Shown here one piece after another: positions 59,101-64,000 of a stretch of DNA of 64,000 nt (position 1 is its first letter; each line of letters begins with the position of its first letter). Location of the stretch: NCBI GenBank assembly GCA_964019425.1, contig OZ025786.1, positions 992,001-1,056,000 of the forward strand, given 5' to 3'. The position numbers were made by a program, and so were the translations under genes. This DNA comes from Flectonema sp. DT1601 (lineage: Eukaryota). Under the pieces are notes generated by a model. It ran no database searches, was not told the origin of the DNA, and saw only the letters and a program-made list of their open reading frames with translations.

Positions 59101-59349
59101 CAGGTTTCAGGAGGTAAGAAATTCTTTGTTGGGCTCCTTGATGAAGAGTACGCACCGATAGCATTAACAGCGGCTACTTTCTTATGTTCACATTTACCGG
59201 GGACTGAACCTGGTATTTGGAAGCAGGCTTTTTCAGCAGCAGATGCAGATGCGCTGGCCAATCCATACCTTCTGGCTCGACACGTTTTGAACCATTCAAA
59301 AAGCAGAAGCAGCAATCACAGTCACCCTCTTGTTCAAGAGAGAGATTAA
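56156..59349 (+). CDS. Conserved alpha-helical protein, CLoG1/AT3G12590-like (tentative), 4 exons
   Basis: Exons 56156-58069, 58195-58671, 58755-58874, 58939-59349, frame-consistent. FHYYKEQSPL, RIAFSILLNLSVH, EEDDSVW, VDIRAL, GGKKFFVGLLD and NPYLL resemble that family from memory. The gene model is firmer than the family call. Confidence 0.7.
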
Positions 59350-61131
59350 GTTAACCGTTCCTGTGAGACTCACATGACTGGCATCACCTGACTGGCATCA
59401 CCAGACTGAAGCATTCTAACTAGTCGGAAATAAGAGCAGACGATTAGTTAGTTTTGAGTTACCTGCTACAAAATGGGTAACTTGACTTTTTATAGTTCGA
59501 CGCCCCGCTGCTCAAAAACAGAGTTTTTACTCTAAGCTTTCTCGTTGATGGGTTCCTTCGATTATTTTTGTTCTATAATTAAAAAAAAAAAAAAAAAGTT
59601 CTTCTTTTTTTTTTTTTTTTTTTTGCACTTGGTTATTTTATTATTTATTTATTTTTCTGGCTTATTTTTACTATTGCTTGCCTCAAATTTGATACTTTAT
59701 GCAGGACCTAGCAATATTTCGCAGCATGTTAAGGGGAAAAAAAATGAAGAAATTGTTAGCCTTATCGGGGATAACTTTAGGATGCATGGGGGAACATATT
59801 TTTAAGGGAAGGAGAGAAAAAAAAAAAAAAAAAAAAAAAAAAAAGTGATTCACAATAATGATAATATTTTCGTTTGTCTTTTTTTTTTTAGTTCGTTCTT
59901 AGATGGCTGAAAAAATGAAGAAAAAAAAAAAAAAAAAAAAAAAAGGCCCACTATGAAAAACTCACAGGAAAAAAAAAAAAAAAACATTTATTTTACACAA
60001 AATTCGGAAATTTCTTTATCAGCCACGAAACGAAAAAGAAAGGGAAAACCTGATTCCAACACAAAAACTTCCGAAATCGCCAAACTCTGTACAAAATATT
60101 TTGTACTTGGAACGATGCCCCTCGGGGGGAAAACTGTCGAGGTGTTTCTGTAAAGAAGGAAACCAACACTTATCTTTTATGGAAGTTATGATCAAATTAG
60201 TTCAACTGGTAATTCATTTACCGGTCGATGTGAAGTTGTTAGTTTCAGAAACCTTTGCGTTGGTATTGGTGGTTCTTTCAGAGAAAAAATAAAATAAAAA
60301 TATAAAACGTGCTTTTCTAAATTCTTCGACATCTGTTTTGTAATTATTTTTTCTATTGTGGGTACAGACAACAAAAACTGTAGTGGAATTTCCCACATAC
60401 AGTGATTTTTTTTTTCCTCTTTTTTTTTTTTTTTCCTTCCCCGCTCAACAAATGTTCTGCTTAGATCCAATATATCGTTACGTCGGCTGGGAGGGCACCC
60501 CTCTCAGACCCCCCACCTTCTCCCATGCCCTTCCATTTTGTGGTACGACACGGGAGAAAGGACCCATAAGTGTGCCTGTAGTACTTTGTGAGCAAAAACA
60601 AAAAAAAAGGATCGAGTGGTCCAAATGGTAAAAAAAAACACAAAAAAAAAACAGGGGGAAGTAAAATATGGTCACCCTCGATATGTTTTTGTTGTGAGCA
60701 AGAAAAAAAAAAAGAACAAAAAAACAAAAAAAAAGAGAGAAGGGGGGGGAGTAAAGGGTGGGAGAGGAAAATTCAAACGTCTGAAGATACAAAACTGTTT
60801 TATGATATCATGTTGATTGTAGCTTTCTGTTGCGTCGCCGTAAAAATTATTTTAAAAAAAAAAAAAAAAGATATCGTATCTTTCCTCTCCCATAATCCGC
60901 ATCCTTTCATTCCCCGCAATCCCTTCCCAAGTCCCAAACGACTTACTCCTGATTGTTACTTTGAGTTTGATTTTTAATTATTTAGTTTGCTGTACTTTCT
61001 TTACTTCTTCACAGTTTCATATTAACTAATAGTGGGCAGGTAGAGAGCTGCCTGCATTCGTTGTTTGAGTGTGTGCTACGACGGACTTCATTTCTTTTTG
61101 TTTCTCAGAAAAAGTCATTTCGAAGTATAAA

Positions 61132-62121
61132 ATGTCTCAGCCTCAAAAACCAGTCAGAGGAGGCCATTCAATTGGTGAGGCCCTGCTGTTGGAAAAACTT
61201 GATAAAGATCTTTACAGATCAATAAACCTTTGGAAACCATTTCCAAAAGCGAGAGCTGTCTACGGAGGTCAGCTGATTGGTCAAACATTGGTTGCAGCCC
61301 ATCGATCGCAAGAAAGAAAAGATCTATCGGTACACTCAATGCATGCTTATTTCTTATTACCAGGGAATGCTACTATCCCTGCATTGTATCACGTTGATAG
61401 AATACGTGATGGGAGATCATTCTCGACTCGTTCGATAGTCGCTCGTCAAAACGGAGCTGCTATTATGAGCGCACAGGCGTCTTTTCATAAAACAGAACAA
61501 ACGCTACTCGATCACTTCACTGATATGCCTACAGGAATTATACCCCCAGAGGAAGCTCTAACTCGAAAACAATGTGTTGAGAGATTATATAAGAGAACAA
61601 CAGACGACTCAACCAAGAAACAAATAAAATACGTCTTAGACGCGATGGCTGCATCACCAGCACCTCCGGTTGAAACCCGATTTATGACTGAAGAAGATGG
61701 ATATGCATTGCAACCGTTTTCAACGAGGAAAGCAAAAGCTCCAAGACATTGTATTTGGTTTAAATCATCTTCACCTTTACCAGATAGACCATGGGCTCAT
61801 GATTGTGTTGCAGCGTATGCATCGGATTTGGAGAATCCAGTAACTGCAGCATTGCCACTCGGTTACCCAAATCAAACGTATAATTTCATAGCATCCCTAG
61901 ATCACTCAATGTGGTTTCATACGACCTTCAGAGCAGATGAATGGATGCTGTACGTGATGGAGTCTCACAGAGCTGGTGGTGGACGTGGACTGGTTCAAGG
62001 AAGAATGTACCGAAGAGATGGTGTCCTCGCCGTATCTGTAACTCAAGAAGTCCTCATGAGACTCCGACCACCACCTGAGATCGAACCAAAGCAAAAACCT
62101 GATAAAGTAGCTAAATTATAA
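61132..62121 (+). CDS. ACOT8: Acyl-CoA thioesterase II (TesB/ACOT8 family), peroxisomal PTS1 (AKL)
   Basis: VYGGQLIGQ, VHSMHAYFL, RIRDGRSFSTR, AYASD, ASLDHSMWFH, SVTQE. Ends KVAKL*. Confidence 0.92.
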   Translation: MSQPQKPVRGGHSIGEALLLEKLDKDLYRSINLWKPFPKARAVYGGQLIGQTLVAAHRSQERKDLSVHSMHAYFLLPGNATIPALYHVDRIRDGRSFSTRSIVARQNGAAIMSAQASFHKTEQTLLDHFTDMPTGIIPPEEALTRKQCVERLYKRTTDDSTKKQIKYVLDAMAASPAPPVETRFMTEEDGYALQPFSTRKAKAPRHCIWFKSSSPLPDRPWAHDCVAAYASDLENPVTAALPLGYPNQTYNFIASLDHSMWFHTTFRADEWMLYVMESHRAGGGRGLVQGRMYRRDGVLAVSVTQEVLMRLRPPPEIEPKQKPDKVAKL

Positions 62122-63597
62122 ATAACTTCAGGGAGGTTATTCTAATCATTTCTGTTTGTGCTAATGATGCTCTCTATTCGATATTACTGAAGCATCTTAT
62201 CAATCAACTTTTAAGCTATTACAAATGTAAAATAAAATAAAATAAAAAAGCAATTGCTACCACACGATTGCTCTTCTAACAGTTGTCAATAATAATAGAA
62301 ATGAGAACACCCTTACCCTTTCTATATACTGTGTAAGTTGAACTTTTCGACGACTTTGACGGTTGACTGTGTTTGTCATCACGTAGGAGCTATTCTCCTG
62401 CTTTTGGTTTCTTTCCATTTCTTTCCATTTCTTTCCTTTTTTTTATTTTTTATTTATTTTTTTCCTCCGTGGAAAAAAATATTAATATCGGGCAGCGAGA
62501 GTTCTCTTCGTCTGATTATTGTTGAAAACCACCGCATCCTAAAAACCCATTTTTGGTTTAAATTACTGAAGCTAATCAAATGGTCCTCTCTCACTGTGAG
62601 TTCCAACATTTATATTACAAAGCAACGTTGGATTTACACCGTTGTAATGATATAATAATGTTAGCAGTTCATGAGGGGTGGTTTCTTCTTCTATCTATCT
62701 GTGTGGGTACATTGTTTTACTATTGAGGGTGGTAGTTAGATTATACTTTTGACTTTTGTAGGATCTTTCTTTCGACGCTGTGTTTTTTGATTCGCAGTGA
62801 CGCATCTCACAAGTCCTTTTCGTAGAGCAAATCAAATCAAGTGAATACGCGAATACCAACCAGTGGTTCCGTAGTGTTTTTGCTCTTTTTTATTTTTGTT
62901 TCATTCTCTTCTTTATTTTGTTAGAGAACATAACCAGTCACACTATTTAACTGACTAATAATATTGTACTGATGACTACTAATAATGTGTCATCGCATTC
63001 ACGACACAAAAAGAAGAATTGTCAACGCAATGAAGCAATTGAGACTTGATGTGAATAACTAATTGGGATTGTAAGCAGCTGAGTTGTTTTTCTTTTTGTT
63101 CCCTTTCTGATTATCCTTACTGCTTGTTTGATATAAAAAGGAAAAAAGTATTTCCTCTTCGTATTTCTGCCCCCCTGGGGAGGATCTCTGATTCGACACA
63201 AAACAGTTTTCTGACATCCCTTTTGTGCTGGGAAACGGGTGGTTTGGAATTGGAGTGATTCCCCCCCAAAAAAAAATAAAATAAAATAACCTCCTCTTTA
63301 TGATGAATGAGGTGAGCAGGAATATATATTTTCTGCCCAACGTTGGTCGATACCGTCGACCAGCGACTAACGTTGTTGTTGTCTTTGGTTATTATTTGAT
63401 TATATTATAATTATTCATCTCTCCTACAGAATAGGATGAATCAGTTACCTGTTGGTGCGATAACGTTGTTGAATTTCTATGCTGAGGATGTGTTGTTTCA
63501 TTCACAAAGTTTGATTGTTTTGTTTTTGTACTTCCCTGACATTCCATTCTTCTAATCACAGAATACAAATCAAAAGTATCAAAACCCATAAAATAAA

Positions 63598-64000
63598 ATG
63601 GTTCGAATCGGGCTGGTGAGGAAGGCCCAAACAGTAGCGGAAACTACTCCGATGGACATAGAGATGGATGACAGCAGTTCAACAGGTAGCTCTACTAATG
63701 AAGGACAAGTAATGCCTGAAGACTATCACATGGATGTTCGTAACTTACCTTTCAGTACTTCTAGTTCAATGATGTTGGATGTAGTTGGTGATGGAAAGTG
63801 TTTCTCAGAATTAGTGAGAGACGCTACTGAACTATCGAGAAATCTTTCTTCAGGAAGACAATCATTTGCGACACTACCACAAGTACCGACTGAGAGTTCT
63901 CTTCAAATACAATCACAGTGTGAGTCACAACGCAATCCAATTGAAATTCGTGTTGTCCATCCTTCGATGTCAGCCGCTTTGAAAAAACTTCAAATCCATC
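63598..64000 (+). CDS. 5' part of a hypothetical protein, runs off the window
   Basis: ATG at 63598 (MVRIGLVRKAQTVAETTPMDIEMDDSSS...) stays open for 134 codons to the window end. Confidence 0.65.
   Translation, partial: MVRIGLVRKAQTVAETTPMDIEMDDSSSTGSSTNEGQVMPEDYHMDVRNLPFSTSSSMMLDVVGDGKCFSELVRDATELSRNLSSGRQSFATLPQVPTESSLQIQSQCESQRNPIEIRVVHPSMSAALKKLQIH

Larger units (their letters stand above)
2980..64000 (+). other. Unidirectional gene cluster with putative SL trans-splice acceptors
   Basis: All credible genes are on +. U-rich tract + AG upstream of starts, with the AG ending at 3008, 5932, 8865, 10869, 15731, 19243, 24220, 33152, 38646, 51940, 52948, 61108 and 63429. Confidence 0.65.

Noticed and set aside
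59376..59403. 14 bp tandem duplicate tgactggcatcacc; also (cagat)n at 22641-22663
   Set aside because: Ordinary slippage repeats.
1..64000. Alternative genetic code or non-canonical introns
   Set aside because: TAA, TAG and TGA all end genes at expected positions, and every interruption in recognisable genes is explained by GT-AG introns.

Overview
AT-rich eukaryotic (protist) DNA with long poly(A)/poly(T) intergenic tracts and the standard genetic code. Every well-supported gene from 3050 to the window end (about 19 genes over 61 kb) is on the + strand. Most start codons have a U-rich AG acceptor shortly upstream, and several genes carry short GT-AG introns. With a 213-aa RPL10 and a trypanosomatid-type glycosyltransferase domain, this suggests (inference) a polycistronic, SL trans-spliced cluster of an intron-containing euglenozoan such as a diplonemid. 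Genes: LRR+HlyIII/PAQR fusion, Pro-rich membrane protein, bacterial-type Zn threonine dehydrogenase ending in SKL, two tandem SRPK-like kinases, CEP162-like protein, beta-helix protein, GT8-like+GT31/GT67 double glycosyltransferase, degenerate DEAH helicase with SURP and zinc knuckle, RRP7, four-domain DEEE voltage-gated channel, RCC1-repeat protein, four tandem RPL10 copies, CLoG1-like protein, peroxisomal TesB/ACOT8, and hypotheticals. The first 3 kb is a mosaic of duplications, possibly a mobile-element relic. Strongest observation: all 14 distinct inferred cis-introns end in U-poor A/C-rich tracts, while putative trans-splice acceptors are U-rich, a candidate code separating cis from trans splicing. 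Family calls are from motif recognition by eye; no searches were run.
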